From: an uncultured Planctomycetia bacterium
GTDB taxonomy: Bacteria > Omnitrophota > Gorgyraeia > Gorgyraeales > Gorgyraeaceae
Length of the DNA stretch: 64,000 nucleotides
Assembly: GCA_964415355.1 (NCBI GenBank)
Contig: CAYPYS010000007.1
Coordinates: 11,208 to 75,207 of the forward strand
Direction of reading: 5' to 3'
Within the stretch, counting starts at the first letter, position 1; each line of letters starts with the position of its first letter. The position numbers and the translations under genes are program-made. This document shows, piece by piece, positions 1 through 9,254 of this stretch. Below the pieces are notes generated by a model that worked only from the letters and a program-made list of their open reading frames with translations, did no database searches and was not told the origin of the DNA.

Positions 1-1455
1 GACGCAGGCATATTCAGGTATATTTTAGAAAAATATGATAAGGATGATATCATGAGGATCCGCGAATTACGCAGCCTGGCTTCGTTTATCAATATGGTCA
101 AGGATTCTGATTTTTCAAATCCAGGCATCGGCTTGAAGGATTTTGTCGAAGAGATAAAGACGCGCAATGAACATAATCTTCCCATACAGGGGGAGCTTGT
201 CACGATGACGCAGGATGGCGTGAGGATATTCACTGCCCATGGTTCAAAAGGCCAGGAGTTTCATAGCGTGATAATACCTTTTTGCGTGCAGGATTCGAGC
301 TGGCCTATAAAACCAATGCCGGATAGGATACCTCTTCCGCCAGAGATAGTAAAGACCAGGGAAAAGGTGGACAGCAAAGAAAAGATAAAAGAACTGAGAT
401 ATTATGACGAAACCAGGCTTTTTTATGTTGCCATAAGTCGCGCCAAAGGCAACGTGCTTTTTACGTCCAGCCCTAAAGAGGACGAGATCCCGAGTTCTTT
501 TATCCATCGGTTAGGCATCGAGACAACGCTGGTTTCGCATAGCGAGGAATCTATATTAGAGGTATCGTTGAGGAAAGAAGATGCCGAGGACCCTTTTATA
601 GGAACGGAAAAGGTTTTAAAAGATATGGTCAGGGATATGAGCTTGAATCCCACTAGTCTGAACAATTATCTGCGTTGCAGGAGAAAGTTCTTGTATGACA
701 ATGTATTGATGTTGCCGTCTGCAAAAAAACAGAGCTTGATTTTTGGCAATGCAGTGCATTCGAGTCTCGAGGATATCTACAGGCATTATATGAAGACTGA
801 TGAGTTTCCAGATTTTCAATTTTTCAAAGACAGATTCTTTAGGGCCTTGAAATTCCAGGGGCCTGAAAAGAACGTGGAGTTGCGTTGCGTGGAGCAGTTT
901 GAGGCGCTGAAGAGATTTTTCAATAAGGTTTCTTCCGGGCCGATCAAGCCCCTGGGCCTTGAAAACCGCATGCCTGTAAATATCGACGGCATTGTCTTTA
1001 CCGGGAAATACGATAAGCTAGAGCTGGAGAGCGATAAGGACAGGACAGCAAGGGTCGTGGATTATAAGACAGGTCAGCCGAAAAATCACCTAGCCGGTAT
1101 TTTCAACTGCAGGAGCCTGGAAGATGGGTCGTGCGACGACTATTTTCGGCAGCTTGTTTGCTATAAACTCCTGTATGAAAGAGACAAGGTCAGGCAGGAC
1201 AAGAGTCTGTCTGTAAGTCACGGCGTGCTTGTGTTTGTCGAGCCCGCGAAGGAAGATATCAGGAAGTACGGCGTAAGAAAGGGTGAGCATTCAGAATTTA
1301 AAATAGAACTGAATGACGACATGGTAGATGAAATGACCGGGATTATAAGGAACACATGGAGAAATATCCAGGACCTGCGCTTAGAGAAGCTTCCGGAAAG
1401 GGATAATAAGAAATGCGGGTGGTGCGATTACGATCACATCTGCTGGACAAAATAG
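1..1455 (+). CDS. C-terminal part of a UvrD/AddB-type SF1 helicase fused to a PD-(D/E)XK (RecB/Cas4-like) nuclease domain with a Cys cluster; the 5' end lies outside the window
   Basis: Frame 1 is open from nt 1 (no stop before the ORF-track Met at 52). Helicase motif-like strings 'TAHGSKGQEF' and 'LFYVAISRAKGNV'. Nuclease signatures 'YLRCRRKF', 'VVDYKTG', 'QLVCYKLLY' and terminal 'CGWCDYDHIC'. Confidence 0.75.
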   Translation, partial: DAGIFRYILEKYDKDDIMRIRELRSLASFINMVKDSDFSNPGIGLKDFVEEIKTRNEHNLPIQGELVTMTQDGVRIFTAHGSKGQEFHSVIIPFCVQDSSWPIKPMPDRIPLPPEIVKTREKVDSKEKIKELRYYDETRLFYVAISRAKGNVLFTSSPKEDEIPSSFIHRLGIETTLVSHSEESILEVSLRKEDAEDPFIGTEKVLKDMVRDMSLNPTSLNNYLRCRRKFLYDNVLMLPSAKKQSLIFGNAVHSSLEDIYRHYMKTDEFPDFQFFKDRFFRALKFQGPEKNVELRCVEQFEALKRFFNKVSSGPIKPLGLENRMPVNIDGIVFTGKYDKLELESDKDRTARVVDYKTGQPKNHLAGIFNCRSLEDGSCDDYFRQLVCYKLLYERDKVRQDKSLSVSHGVLVFVEPAKEDIRKYGVRKGEHSEFKIELNDDMVDEMTGIIRNTWRNIQDLRLEKLPERDNKKCGWCDYDHICWTK

Positions 1456-1467
1456 AAGGGGGCAAAC

Positions 1468-2061
1468 ATGAATAGGATTGCTTTTTTTGCATCTATATTT
1501 TTTATCGCTACGATTCTGTTCTCCGGATGCAATATTGTACCTAAATCAGTGCAGTATCAAAAAGAGGAAGAAAAGCTCATAGGTAATACAGACACCATAA
1601 ATCCCAGGGTGGAAGAGATTCAGATCGTGCTCGACGGGCTCGGATACGATATGGGTAATACTGACGGTAGAATGGGACAAAAGACGCGCGAGGCAATAAA
1701 GGAATTTCAAGAGTCACTGGGACTCAAGAGCACAGGATATATAAACGAACGCACGCTGATTCAGGTCGAAGACATCAGGAGGGTTGACGAGGATAAGGAA
1801 TTGAAGGACAAATATGGAGTGGACGTGAGGAGTCCGTATGTAGAAGAAATCGTTTCAGCTGGGTTCGAGCCCACAGCAAAGGACATACAAAATGCTTTAA
1901 AGAACGCTGGGTTTGACCCGGGCGCCATCGACGGCAAAATAGGGCCGCGGACAAAACAAGCTGTCATGGAATTTCAGAAGGTAAATGGCCTTAAGGTGGA
2001 CGGCAAGGTCGGCTCCAAGACATGGGGGGAGCTTAGTAAGTATTTAGGCGCACAAGATTAA
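1468..2061 (+). CDS. Lipoprotein with two peptidoglycan-binding (PG_binding_1-like) repeats
   Basis: 197-aa ORF with a hydrophobic N-terminus ending in lipobox-like 'LFSGC'. Two repeats are present: 'GQKTREAIKEFQESLGLKSTG' and 'GPRTKQAVMEFQKVNGLKVDG'. SD-like aaggggg lies upstream. Confidence 0.7.
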   Translation: MNRIAFFASIFFIATILFSGCNIVPKSVQYQKEEEKLIGNTDTINPRVEEIQIVLDGLGYDMGNTDGRMGQKTREAIKEFQESLGLKSTGYINERTLIQVEDIRRVDEDKELKDKYGVDVRSPYVEEIVSAGFEPTAKDIQNALKNAGFDPGAIDGKIGPRTKQAVMEFQKVNGLKVDGKVGSKTWGELSKYLGAQD

Positions 2062-2105
2062 CTTTAAGTATACACTTCAACGTTGTTGAAGTGTATACTT
2101 AAAGT
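2059..2105 (+). repeat. Intergenic palindromic repeat copy 1 (T2 TATACA-arm subfamily, centre AACGTTGTT, perfect 21-bp arms)
   Basis: taactttaagtatacacttcaacgttgttgaagtgtatacttaaagt; the leading TAA is the stop of CDS 1468-2061. Confidence 0.9.
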
Positions 2106-2107
2106 AT

Positions 2108-2132
2108 GTCATGCCCGTTTTCGCGGGAATGA
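2108..2132 (+). repeat. Second hairpin repeat family (GTCATnCCCG-loop-CGGGAATGAC), copy 1
   Basis: gtcatgcccg ttttc cgggaatgac, 3 nt after a T2-type palindromic repeat. Confidence 0.7.
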
Positions 2133-2161
2133 CAGGTTAGTTACAGCGGGCTTAAAAAATA

Positions 2162-2190
2162 TTGACAAAATCTAGTTCGGGTGATATAAA
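2162..2190 (+). promoter_or_regulatory. Sigma70-type promoter with extended -10 for the small membrane protein gene
   Basis: TTGACA (2162-2167), 17-nt spacer ending in TGa, TATAAA (2185-2190). Confidence 0.6.
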
Positions 2191-2227
2191 AATAAATACA
2201 CAAGATCTCAAAAGGAGGGAGAGTTAA

Positions 2228-2434
2228 ATGGGCAAGTATATAACTGTTCTTGGAGGTCTGATAAGCATTCTTATAGGTATATGGGGCGTTAAGACTTGGT
2301 GGTGGAGTTTTGCAGAGCTTCTAAAAGGGGCTGTCCCTCCAATGCTTATACTTGGAGGTCTTGCGGCATTTTTTGCAGGTATAAGCGAGATCAAGGATTC
2401 TGCGCAGGCCAAGAAAGAAAAAGACAAAAAATAA
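2228..2434 (+). CDS. Small (68 aa) two-helix membrane protein with a Lys-rich tail, function unknown
   Basis: Strong SD (aaaggaggga) 6-7 nt before the ATG. Two hydrophobic stretches. Flanked by its own consensus-like promoter (2162-2190) and a classical intrinsic terminator (2465-2499). Confidence 0.6.
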   Translation: MGKYITVLGGLISILIGIWGVKTWWWSFAELLKGAVPPMLILGGLAAFFAGISEIKDSAQAKKEKDKK

Positions 2435-2464
2435 TTATTTAAAAGACGTCTCGCATTTATTATG

Positions 2465-2499
2465 GATAGGCCCGAGCAATAAAGGGCCTATCTTTTTTT
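2465..2499 (+). terminator. Rho-independent terminator
   Basis: Perfect 9-bp GC-containing stem gataggccc / gggcctatc (2465-2473 / 2484-2492) followed by T7 (2493-2499). Confidence 0.8.
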
Positions 2500-2512
2500 C
2501 AAGGAGGCTGTT

Positions 2513-3361
2513 ATGAATTACATTAAGACTGGATTCTTGTTGGTGCTTTTGACCATGCTTTTTGTGTGGATCGGAGGACACTTTGGCGGACAGGCAGGCG
2601 CTACGTATGCGTTTATGTTCGCGCTTATAATGAATGTCGGGGCGTATTGGTTTAGCGATAAGATCGTGCTTAAGATGTACGGCACGAAAGAGGCCCAGGA
2701 GAGCGAGGTCCCCGAGCTTTATAATATAGTGAAAGAGTCGACGGCTTCTGCAAAGCTCCCGATGCCGAAGGTATGCATCGCGCCTCAAAATTCTCCGAAC
2801 GCGTTTGCGACCGGCCGTAATCCTAAACACGCGGCGGTCTGCGTGACGCAGGGCATATTAAATCTTCTGAGCCGCGAAGAATTAAAAGGCGTAATAGCGC
2901 ACGAACTCGCGCATATAAAAAATAGAGACACGTTAATAATGACAGTGGCTGCTACTATAGCCGGAGCCATTACAATGCTTGCCAGCTTGGCGAGGTGGGC
3001 CGCGATATTCGGAGGTTTCGGCGGGAGGGGCGGACGCTCTAGGGACAGCAACGTGCTCGGATATTTGTTTATGCTCATCGTTGCGCCTATAGCAGCGATG
3101 CTCATACAGCTTGCGATATCAAGATCGAGGGAATATGAGGCTGACAAAAGAGGCGCTTATATAGCGAAGAACCCCACAGGCCTGGCTGACGCGCTTTTGA
3201 AATTAGAAAAAGGTACAAGGCGTTATCCTGTACAGGCTAATAATGCAACAGCTCATCTTTTCATTGTAAATCCTTTGCGGGGCAAAGGCCTGGCAGCTCT
3301 TTTCAGCACTCATCCTCCGGTCAAAGACCGCGTAGAAAGACTCAGGAAATTAAATGTCTAA
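2513..3361 (+). CDS. htpX: Zinc metalloprotease HtpX (peptidase M48)
   Basis: 'HELAHIKNRD' HExxH motif, 4 TM segments, typical HtpX N-terminus and 'NAFATG' motif. SD aaggagg. Confidence 0.9.
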   Translation: MNYIKTGFLLVLLTMLFVWIGGHFGGQAGATYAFMFALIMNVGAYWFSDKIVLKMYGTKEAQESEVPELYNIVKESTASAKLPMPKVCIAPQNSPNAFATGRNPKHAAVCVTQGILNLLSREELKGVIAHELAHIKNRDTLIMTVAATIAGAITMLASLARWAAIFGGFGGRGGRSRDSNVLGYLFMLIVAPIAAMLIQLAISRSREYEADKRGAYIAKNPTGLADALLKLEKGTRRYPVQANNATAHLFIVNPLRGKGLAALFSTHPPVKDRVERLRKLNV

Positions 3362-3396
3362 CTTTACACTTTAACATTGTTAAAATGTAAAGTTAG
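3359..3396 (+). repeat. Palindromic repeat copy 2 (T1, fwd)
   Basis: taactttacactttaacattgttaaaatgtaaagttag; TAA is the htpX stop. Confidence 0.9.
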
Positions 3397-3420
3397 GTGG
3401 AGAAATTTTTTTATTTTTTG

Positions 3421-3449
3421 TTGCAAAGAGAAAGAAAATTTTTTATAAT
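3421..3449 (+). promoter_or_regulatory. Sigma70-type promoter (distal, upstream of nrdJ)
   Basis: TTGCAA (3421-3426), 17-nt spacer, TATAAT (3444-3449). Confidence 0.55.
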
Positions 3450-3553
3450 GTTTACACGCTTGTAATTTTCTAACAGCTTTTATATTTTTGGTTTTCAGTA
3501 TTTATGAAGCGTCTGGCTGAACCTCGACGATATAATTGATTTTTGACAATGAC

Positions 3554-3570
3554 CACAACATATAGTTGTG
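3554..3570 (+). promoter_or_regulatory. Candidate NrdR box 1 (imperfect)
   Basis: Inverted repeat CACAAC-atata-GTTGTG. Resembles the published NrdR palindrome acaCwAtATaTwGtgt but has one extra central base. Confidence 0.4.
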
Positions 3571-3584
3571 CATACCCTGTAAAA

Positions 3585-3600
3585 CAGCAATATATTGTAT
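3585..3600 (+). promoter_or_regulatory. Candidate NrdR box 2
   Basis: cagCAATATATTGtat: the 10-nt core CAATATATTG matches the consensus core CwAtATaTwG exactly (12/16 overall). The centre lies ~31 bp from box 1. Confidence 0.5.
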
Positions 3601-3607
3601 TTTTGTC

Positions 3608-3635
3608 TTGACTTGAATTTTTTAGATGATATACT
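3608..3635 (+). promoter_or_regulatory. Sigma70-type promoter (proximal) for nrdJ-dcd
   Basis: TTGACT (3608-3613), 16-nt spacer, TATACT (3630-3635), immediately downstream of the NrdR-like boxes. Confidence 0.5.
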
Positions 3636-3654
3636 TATTTTTATCACATAACCT

Positions 3655-3692
3655 TAACTTTACACTTTAACGTTGTTAAAATGTAAAGTTAG
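3655..3692 (+). repeat. Palindromic repeat copy 3 (T1, fwd), located in the nrdJ 5' UTR
   Basis: taactttacactttaacgttgttaaaatgtaaagttag. It lies between promoter 3608-3635 and the nrdJ SD and is not at a gene 3' end. Confidence 0.9.
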
Positions 3693-3711
3693 GGATTAAG
3701 AGGGGGTGAAG

Positions 3712-6012
3712 ATGCAGGTAGATGTAGTCAGCAGGAAAAAATTGAATATCTCCGAGAATTGCCTTAAGGTCCTTAAAAGAAGATATCTAAAAAAAGATAA
3801 AAATGGAAATGTTATAGAAGCGCCCGAAGAAATGTTTGCGCGTGTCAGCCGGCACATAGCGCAAGCCGATAAATCATATGGCGCGACAGCCAAGGAGATC
3901 AAGAAAACAGAGGAAAAATTTTACGATTCACTTAGCAATTTTGAATTCGTACCAAACAGCCCTACTTTAATGAATGCCGGAAAGGACCTCGGACAATTAT
4001 CTGCCTGTTTCGTGCTGCCCATTGGGGATTCGATGGAGTCGATTTTTGATGCGATAAAAAATACCGCCATGATACATAAAAGCGGAGGCGGGACCGGATT
4101 TAGTTTTTCGAGGCTACGACCGAAAAACAGTGTTGTGCGTTCCACTGGAGGCGTCTCGAGCGGCCCGGTTTCATTTATGAAGGTATTTAACGCAGCGACC
4201 CAGGCCGTGAAACAAGGCGGAACGCGTCGCGGCGCAAATATGGGCATATTGCGCGTTGATCATCCTGACATCCTTGAATTCATAAAGTGTAAAGAGAACG
4301 ATAAAGAGATCACAAATTTCAATATTTCTATAGCTGTCACGGAAGATTTCATGAAAAAGGTAATAGAGGAAAAAGAGTATGATTTGATAGATCCTCATGC
4401 AAAAAATGTTGTTTCCAGGCTTAAGGCAAAAGAAGTCTTTGATCTCATTGTCGAAATGGCATGGAAGAACGGCGAGCCAGGCATTGTTTTTATCGACAGG
4501 ATCAACAAGGATAATCCTACGCCTGCGCTGGGAGACATTGAGAGCACTAATCCATGCGGCGAGCAACCGCTTTTGCCTTTTGAAAGCTGCAACCTGGGTT
4601 CTGTAAATCTTTCCAAAGCAGTGAGCGCAAACGGAAAAAAAGAAATAGACTGGGAAAAATTAAAAAGATTAACGCATTTGGGCGTACATTTTCTGGATAA
4701 CGTGATAGATAGAAATAAATTTCCTCTGGATCAAATAAAAGATATGACCAGAAGTAACCGAAAGATAGGGCTGGGGGTGATGGGCTGGGCAGATATGTTG
4801 ATCCAGCTGGAGATACCCTATAATAGCGACGAGGCTGTTGACCTGGCTGAGAAAATCATGGGATTTATAGACGGAGAGGCGGGAAAGAAATCCGAAGAGT
4901 TGGCTGGCCTGCGAAAACCGTTTCCTTCCTATAAAGAGAGTGTTTTTTCTAAAAATGGCAGAGGCAAAGAAATCAGAAATGCCACGCTTACTACAATAGC
5001 GCCTACGGGAACGATTTCTATAATATCAAACTCCTCCAGCGGCATTGAACCTTTGTTCGCTATTTCGTATTACAGGAACGTTATGGATAATGATAAACTC
5101 ATCGAGGCGAATCCATTATTTGAAGAGATCGCGAAGAGAGAGGGGTTTTATTCAAGGAAACTGATGGAGACCATCGCGGATAAGGGCTCTATCAAGGACA
5201 TAAAAGAAGTGCCTGAAAAATACAGAAAGATTTTTGTCACCTCGCACGATATTGCTCCGCTATGGCACATAAGGATGCAGGCGGCGTTTCAAAAATATAC
5301 TCACAACGCTGTTTCTAAGACGGTAAATTTTCACAATGACGCTACGAAAGATGACGTGAGAGAAGTGTACATGCTCGCTTATAAATTAGGTTGCAAGGGC
5401 GTGACGATTTACAGGGATAAGAGCAGGGAGGAGCAGGTCTTGAACATAAATTCCGGTTCTAAAAAATCTTCTGGCGAGACAAAGCCGACCCAGGAGGTTA
5501 AAGATAAGAAAGCAGTTGCCCCGCGTCCCAGACCTGCAGTCACTACCGGGACCACGACAAAGGTAACCACAGGTTGCGGTAACCTTTACATTACAATAAA
5601 TGTGGATGACAGAAGCATGCCGTTCGAGGTATTCATCCAGATGGGAAAGGCTGGGGGTTGCGCTGCGAGCCAGCTTGAGGCGACAGGAAGGCTTGTGTCT
5701 CTGGCGCTTCGTTCCGGCGTGGAGAATAAAAAGATCATAGATCAGCTGAGAGGCATACGATGCCCTTCTCCGTCGTGGGAAAAAGGCGGAAGGATTTTTT
5801 CTTGCGCTGACGCGATTGCGAGAGTTTTAGAGTTAAGACTGGGCAATGGCAAAATGCACCATGAAGAAGAGGAATTAGAAAAACATTCTCCGCACACGAT
5901 GATAGAAGATAAGCTTGGCAATGTCGTCGGTGTTTGTCCTGATTGCGGGGCTGCACTGAGACATGAAGAAGGCTGTGTGGTCTGTCGTTCCTGCGGATAT
6001 TCTAAATGTTAA
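3712..6012 (+). CDS. nrdJ: Adenosylcobalamin-dependent (class II) ribonucleotide reductase
   Basis: Active-site string '[18 protein letters not shown]', 'TIAPTGTIS', and a Cys-rich C-terminal tail '[25 protein letters not shown]'. The ATG at 3712 is preferred over the ORF-track GTG at 3706 because the SD aagaggggg is better spaced. Confidence 0.9.
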   Translation: MQVDVVSRKKLNISENCLKVLKRRYLKKDKNGNVIEAPEEMFARVSRHIAQADKSYGATAKEIKKTEEKFYDSLSNFEFVPNSPTLMNAGKDLGQLSACFVLPIGDSMESIFDAIKNTAMIHKSGGGTGFSFSRLRPKNSVVRSTGGVSSGPVSFMKVFNAATQAVKQGGTRRGANMGILRVDHPDILEFIKCKENDKEITNFNISIAVTEDFMKKVIEEKEYDLIDPHAKNVVSRLKAKEVFDLIVEMAWKNGEPGIVFIDRINKDNPTPALGDIESTNPCGEQPLLPFESCNLGSVNLSKAVSANGKKEIDWEKLKRLTHLGVHFLDNVIDRNKFPLDQIKDMTRSNRKIGLGVMGWADMLIQLEIPYNSDEAVDLAEKIMGFIDGEAGKKSEELAGLRKPFPSYKESVFSKNGRGKEIRNATLTTIAPTGTISIISNSSSGIEPLFAISYYRNVMDNDKLIEANPLFEEIAKREGFYSRKLMETIADKGSIKDIKEVPEKYRKIFVTSHDIAPLWHIRMQAAFQKYTHNAVSKTVNFHNDATKDDVREVYMLAYKLGCKGVTIYRDKSREEQVLNINSGSKKSSGETKPTQEVKDKKAVAPRPRPAVTTGTTTKVTTGCGNLYITINVDDRSMPFEVFIQMGKAGGCAASQLEATGRLVSLALRSGVENKKIIDQLRGIRCPSPSWEKGGRIFSCADAIARVLELRLGNGKMHHEEEELEKHSPHTMIEDKLGNVVGVCPDCGAALRHEEGCVVCRSCGYSKC

Positions 6013-6013
6013 C

Positions 6014-6568
6014 ATGTCAATAAGACCCGATTCCTGGATCAAGAGAATGGCTTTAGAGCACGACATGATAAGGCCATTCGAGCCCACCCAAGTAAAAAAC
6101 GGCAACATTTCTTTTGGTCTATCCAGTTTTGGATATGATATGAGGATCGCTGACGAGTTCAAGCTATTAAGATCCTCAGGCGCGAAAGACGCCCTGGACC
6201 CTAAAAAAATAAATCCGGATCTATTCGAAGATTATAAGGGTAAAGTTTGCGTAATCCCGCCGAATTCTTTTGTCCTGGCGCGTTCGCTCGAATATTTTAA
6301 GATCCCAAGAAATGTCCTGGCGCTTTGTACTGGAAAAAGTACTTATGCGAGGATAGGGGTGGTGGTAAATGTAACGCCGCTGGAGCCTTCCTGGGAAGGT
6401 TTTATCACAATGGATATATCGAACACGTCCCCCTATCCTGTAAAGATTTATGCCAATGAGGGCATTGGCCAGATAGTTTTTTTTGAATCACAGGAGGCCT
6501 GCGAAATCAGTTATTCTGACCGCAAAGGCCGATATCAATCCCAAACCAAAATCACTTTACCCACCTAA
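6014..6568 (+). CDS. dcd: dCTP deaminase
   Basis: '[13 protein letters not shown]...IRPFEP', '[10 protein letters not shown]' and '[11 protein letters not shown]' are typical Dcd strings. The ATG at 6014 (2 nt after the nrdJ stop) is preferred over the ORF-track start 5963, which overlaps nrdJ. Confidence 0.85.
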   Translation: MSIRPDSWIKRMALEHDMIRPFEPTQVKNGNISFGLSSFGYDMRIADEFKLLRSSGAKDALDPKKINPDLFEDYKGKVCVIPPNSFVLARSLEYFKIPRNVLALCTGKSTYARIGVVVNVTPLEPSWEGFITMDISNTSPYPVKIYANEGIGQIVFFESQEACEISYSDRKGRYQSQTKITLPT

Positions 6569-6603
6569 CTTTACATTTCAACAACGTTAAAGTGTAAAGT
6601 TAG
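6566..6603 (-). repeat. Palindromic repeat copy 4 (T1, rev)
   Basis: taactttacatttcaacaacgttaaagtgtaaagttag; TAA is the dcd stop. Confidence 0.9.
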
Positions 6604-6617
6604 AGCAGGAGGATGTA

Positions 6618-7373
6618 ATGGGAAACATAAAACTTGTGCTTTTAAGGCACGGCGAGAGCATATGGAACAAGGAAAATAAATTTACAGGGTGGACAGATGT
6701 TGATCTGTCTGAAAAAGGCGTGGAAGAGGCAAAAGAATCGGGCAGGGTTTTGAAAAAAGAAGGCTACATGTTTGACGTCGCGTTTACGTCTGTCTTGAAG
6801 AGAGCGATAAGGACGCTGTGGCTTGCTTTGGACGAGATGGATCTCATGTGGATTCCTGTCTACAGGTCGTGGCGTTTGAACGAGCGTCATTACGGCGCGC
6901 TGCAAGGACTAAACAAGGCAGAGACGGCAAAAAAATTCGGCGAGGAACAAGTGCTTATCTGGCGTAGGAGTTATGACGTGCCGCCTAGTGCATTGGATAA
7001 GACAGACGAGCGCTATCCCGGCAATGACCCAAGGTATCACGTATTGGATGAAAAAGATATCCCGCTTACCGAGTGTCTTAAAGATACAGTGGCCCGATTT
7101 CTTCCTTATTGGCACGATACGATAGCGCCTGCTGTGAAATCTGGCAAACGCGTACTTATAGCTGCGCACGGAAATAGTCTGCGTGCGCTCGTGAAATATC
7201 TGGACAATATCTCTGATGAGAAAATAGTAAAACTGAATATCCCCACCGGTATCCCGCTTATTTATGAACTAGACAAAGAGCTGAAGCCCGTCAGGCATTA
7301 TTACCTGGGCGACCCTGAAAAAGTCAAAAAGGCAATGGAAGCCGTAAGTAAACAGGGCAAGGCCAAGACCTAA
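6618..7373 (+). CDS. gpmA: 2,3-bisphosphoglycerate-dependent phosphoglycerate mutase
   Basis: '[29 protein letters not shown]', 'ERHYGALQG', '[10 protein letters not shown]'. SD aggagga. Confidence 0.9.
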   Translation: MGNIKLVLLRHGESIWNKENKFTGWTDVDLSEKGVEEAKESGRVLKKEGYMFDVAFTSVLKRAIRTLWLALDEMDLMWIPVYRSWRLNERHYGALQGLNKAETAKKFGEEQVLIWRRSYDVPPSALDKTDERYPGNDPRYHVLDEKDIPLTECLKDTVARFLPYWHDTIAPAVKSGKRVLIAAHGNSLRALVKYLDNISDEKIVKLNIPTGIPLIYELDKELKPVRHYYLGDPEKVKKAMEAVSKQGKAKT

Positions 7374-7406
7374 CTTTACACTTTAACGTTGTTGAAATGT
7401 AAAGTT
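7371..7406 (+). repeat. Palindromic repeat copy 5 (T1, fwd)
   Basis: taactttacactttaacgttgttgaaatgtaaagtt; TAA is the gpmA stop. Confidence 0.9.
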
Positions 7407-7434
7407 GACTTATAGCAGCTATATATGATAATAT

Positions 7435-8346
7435 ATGGCGGTCATGGCTAAGACAAAGCCGAAGCACGTTGTAATTTATCTATGCTTTAGAATTTTTAGC
7501 TTCTTTGTGTTTATGCTGCCGCTTAGGTGTGGCCTGGGGATCGGCCAGGGCCTTGGTAGATTGGCTTTCCGCCTTTTTAAAAAAGCTCGATTAAAGGCAT
7601 TAAAGAACCTGGATGCCTCATTTGCGAATTCCAGGACCAGAGAAGAGAAAGAGTTTATAGCTGAAGGGGTCTTTGAAAATCTTGGAAAAAATATTATCGA
7701 GATTATTTGCCTCTCGAAATTCGATAGAAACAATATAGACGCCTATATAAAATGCAAAGGGCTTAAGGCTATTACAGGGTTGATAGAGAAAGGGAAAGGC
7801 GGCGTTGTTCTCTCTGCTCATTTTGGTAATTGGGAGCTCATAGCGCATTATTTTGGGATCAAAGGGTATTCGGTTAACGTCATCGCCAGGCGAGTGAGGA
7901 TGGGACAGTTCGAGAATTTCCTAGCCAAAGCAAGGAAGCGCAACAGCGTAAAGATCTTATACAGGGACGCGTCCGCGAAAGAGACGGTCGCGCTTTTGAA
8001 GAAAAATGAATTCGTAGGCGTGATGCCTGACCAGGATATGGACAGCGTCTCCGGCGTCTTCGTAGATTTTTTTGGGCGCAAGGCATTTACGCCGAACGGG
8101 CCAGCGGTTTTAAATCTTATGACAGGAGTGCCCATAATTCCTTGCTTTATTGTCAGAAAGGATTTTGGCCACGAGATCGTTATAGATGAGCCCATAGAGC
8201 TCAGCACTACAGGAGACAGGCGCAGAGATATTCTGGAGAACACCCAGAGATATACAAAAGTAATAGAGGATCAAATAAGGAAATACCCGTCGCAGTGGGT
8301 CTGGTTTCACGACAGATGGAAGACAAAGGAAGAACAATGCGCTTAA
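7435..8346 (+). CDS. Lipid A biosynthesis (LpxL/HtrB-family) lysophospholipid acyltransferase
   Basis: N-terminal TM segment, 'SAHFGNWE' acyltransferase motif, and a location next to lptC/A-lptB. Confidence 0.7.
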   Translation: MAVMAKTKPKHVVIYLCFRIFSFFVFMLPLRCGLGIGQGLGRLAFRLFKKARLKALKNLDASFANSRTREEKEFIAEGVFENLGKNIIEIICLSKFDRNNIDAYIKCKGLKAITGLIEKGKGGVVLSAHFGNWELIAHYFGIKGYSVNVIARRVRMGQFENFLAKARKRNSVKILYRDASAKETVALLKKNEFVGVMPDQDMDSVSGVFVDFFGRKAFTPNGPAVLNLMTGVPIIPCFIVRKDFGHEIVIDEPIELSTTGDRRRDILENTQRYTKVIEDQIRKYPSQWVWFHDRWKTKEEQCA

Positions 8347-8382
8347 GTTTACACTTTAACATTGTTGAAATGTATACTTAAG
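8344..8382 (+). repeat. Palindromic repeat copy 6 (T1/T2 hybrid arms, fwd)
   Basis: taagtttacactttaacattgttgaaatgtatacttaag; TAA is the acyltransferase stop. Confidence 0.85.
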
Positions 8383-8400
8383 AGGGTAAATATTCACGTT

Positions 8401-9237
8401 ATGCAAAAGTATAAAATAGCAACTGTATTGGTTTTTATTATGAATCTTTGCTTGTTCTGCTTTGCGCAGGAAGAAGAAGTAGATCAGCAGATCGACGGAT
8501 TTTCTCTTGTGCAGTATGAAGACGGCGGCGATAAGAAATGGGAATTAAACGGCACCTCAGCGGACGTAGAAGAAGAGAATGTCAAGATCAGCGAGATATC
8601 AGGGATCGCTTTTACAGATGAAGCAACGCTTAAATTAAAGGCGGAAGAAGGGAATTTTGATAGAGAAGACCAGATGGTGCATCTTGCGAATAATGTGGTG
8701 ATAAAAGCTACAGACGGCACTGCCCTCAGGACGGATTCGTTAGATTGGGATGCGCAGGGGAAGAGTGTATTTACGGACGAAGAAGTCAGTATTAAAAAAG
8801 CAGATTTTCATGTCAATGGCAAAGGCGCAGAGGTTGATCTGGAAAACAGGACCGCTGAGCTGAAGAAAGATGTTGTCGCAAATATAGTATCTTCAGAAGC
8901 AGGTGTTTTGCGGAAAGCGGACGACGATGCGCGGGATACGATAATAACTTGCGACGGCCCGCTCGAGATAAACTATAAGAAGAACAAGGCTACATTTAGG
9001 AACAATGTAGAGGTGCGGGACGCAGAAGGCAATATAATCGCTGATCGAATAGATGTTTATTTTGGCAAAGACACTAGGCGTGTGAGGGTCGTTGTCGCCA
9101 GGGGCAATGTTAAGATCATAAACGAGGGCAATGTGACATATAGTGAGAAGGCGATCTACCTTGTTGAACAGGGTCGCGTGGTCTTACCTAAGCGTCCGAA
9201 GCTAGTAATACAGAGAGAAGAAGTCGGAGAATTTTAA
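8401..9237 (+). CDS. LptC/LptA-like OstA-domain periplasmic LPS transport protein
   Basis: Signal-like N-terminus, beta-rich repeats typical of OstA/LptA, directly upstream of lptB. The ATG at 8401 is preferred; the ORF-track start 8362 lies inside the palindromic repeat. Confidence 0.55.
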   Translation: MQKYKIATVLVFIMNLCLFCFAQEEEVDQQIDGFSLVQYEDGGDKKWELNGTSADVEEENVKISEISGIAFTDEATLKLKAEEGNFDREDQMVHLANNVVIKATDGTALRTDSLDWDAQGKSVFTDEEVSIKKADFHVNGKGAEVDLENRTAELKKDVVANIVSSEAGVLRKADDDARDTIITCDGPLEINYKKNKATFRNNVEVRDAEGNIIADRIDVYFGKDTRRVRVVVARGNVKIINEGNVTYSEKAIYLVEQGRVVLPKRPKLVIQREEVGEF

Positions 9238-9254
9238 ATTTAAAATGAAAAGAT

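Noticed and set aside
3397-3705. A cobalamin riboswitch upstream of the B12-dependent nrdJ.
   Set aside because: I found no B12-box-like GCCACTG core or the GC-rich multi-stem architecture. The region is very AT-rich and is better explained by promoters, NrdR-like boxes and a repeat copy.
3712-6012. An intein or split-gene signature in the class II RNR.
   Set aside because: The catalytic blocks are contiguous, and there are no Cys/Ser-...-HN-Cys splice junction motifs or extra ~150-400-aa insertion.
5963-6013. A 50-nt overlap of dcd with nrdJ, suggested by the ORF-track start at 5963.
   Set aside because: The Dcd family N-terminus ('MSIRPDSWI...') begins at ATG 6014, 2 nt after the nrdJ stop. 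The upstream extension has no homology signature.
7371-7410. The repeat itself acting as a promoter (TTTACA as -35 and TAAAGT as -10 within the element; at 7405 the right end creates TTGACT).
   Set aside because: The spacer between TTTACA and TAAAGT is 19 nt and the -10 match is poor. The same would hold on both strands. I cannot exclude weak activity, but the sequence gives no positive support; TSS mapping is needed.
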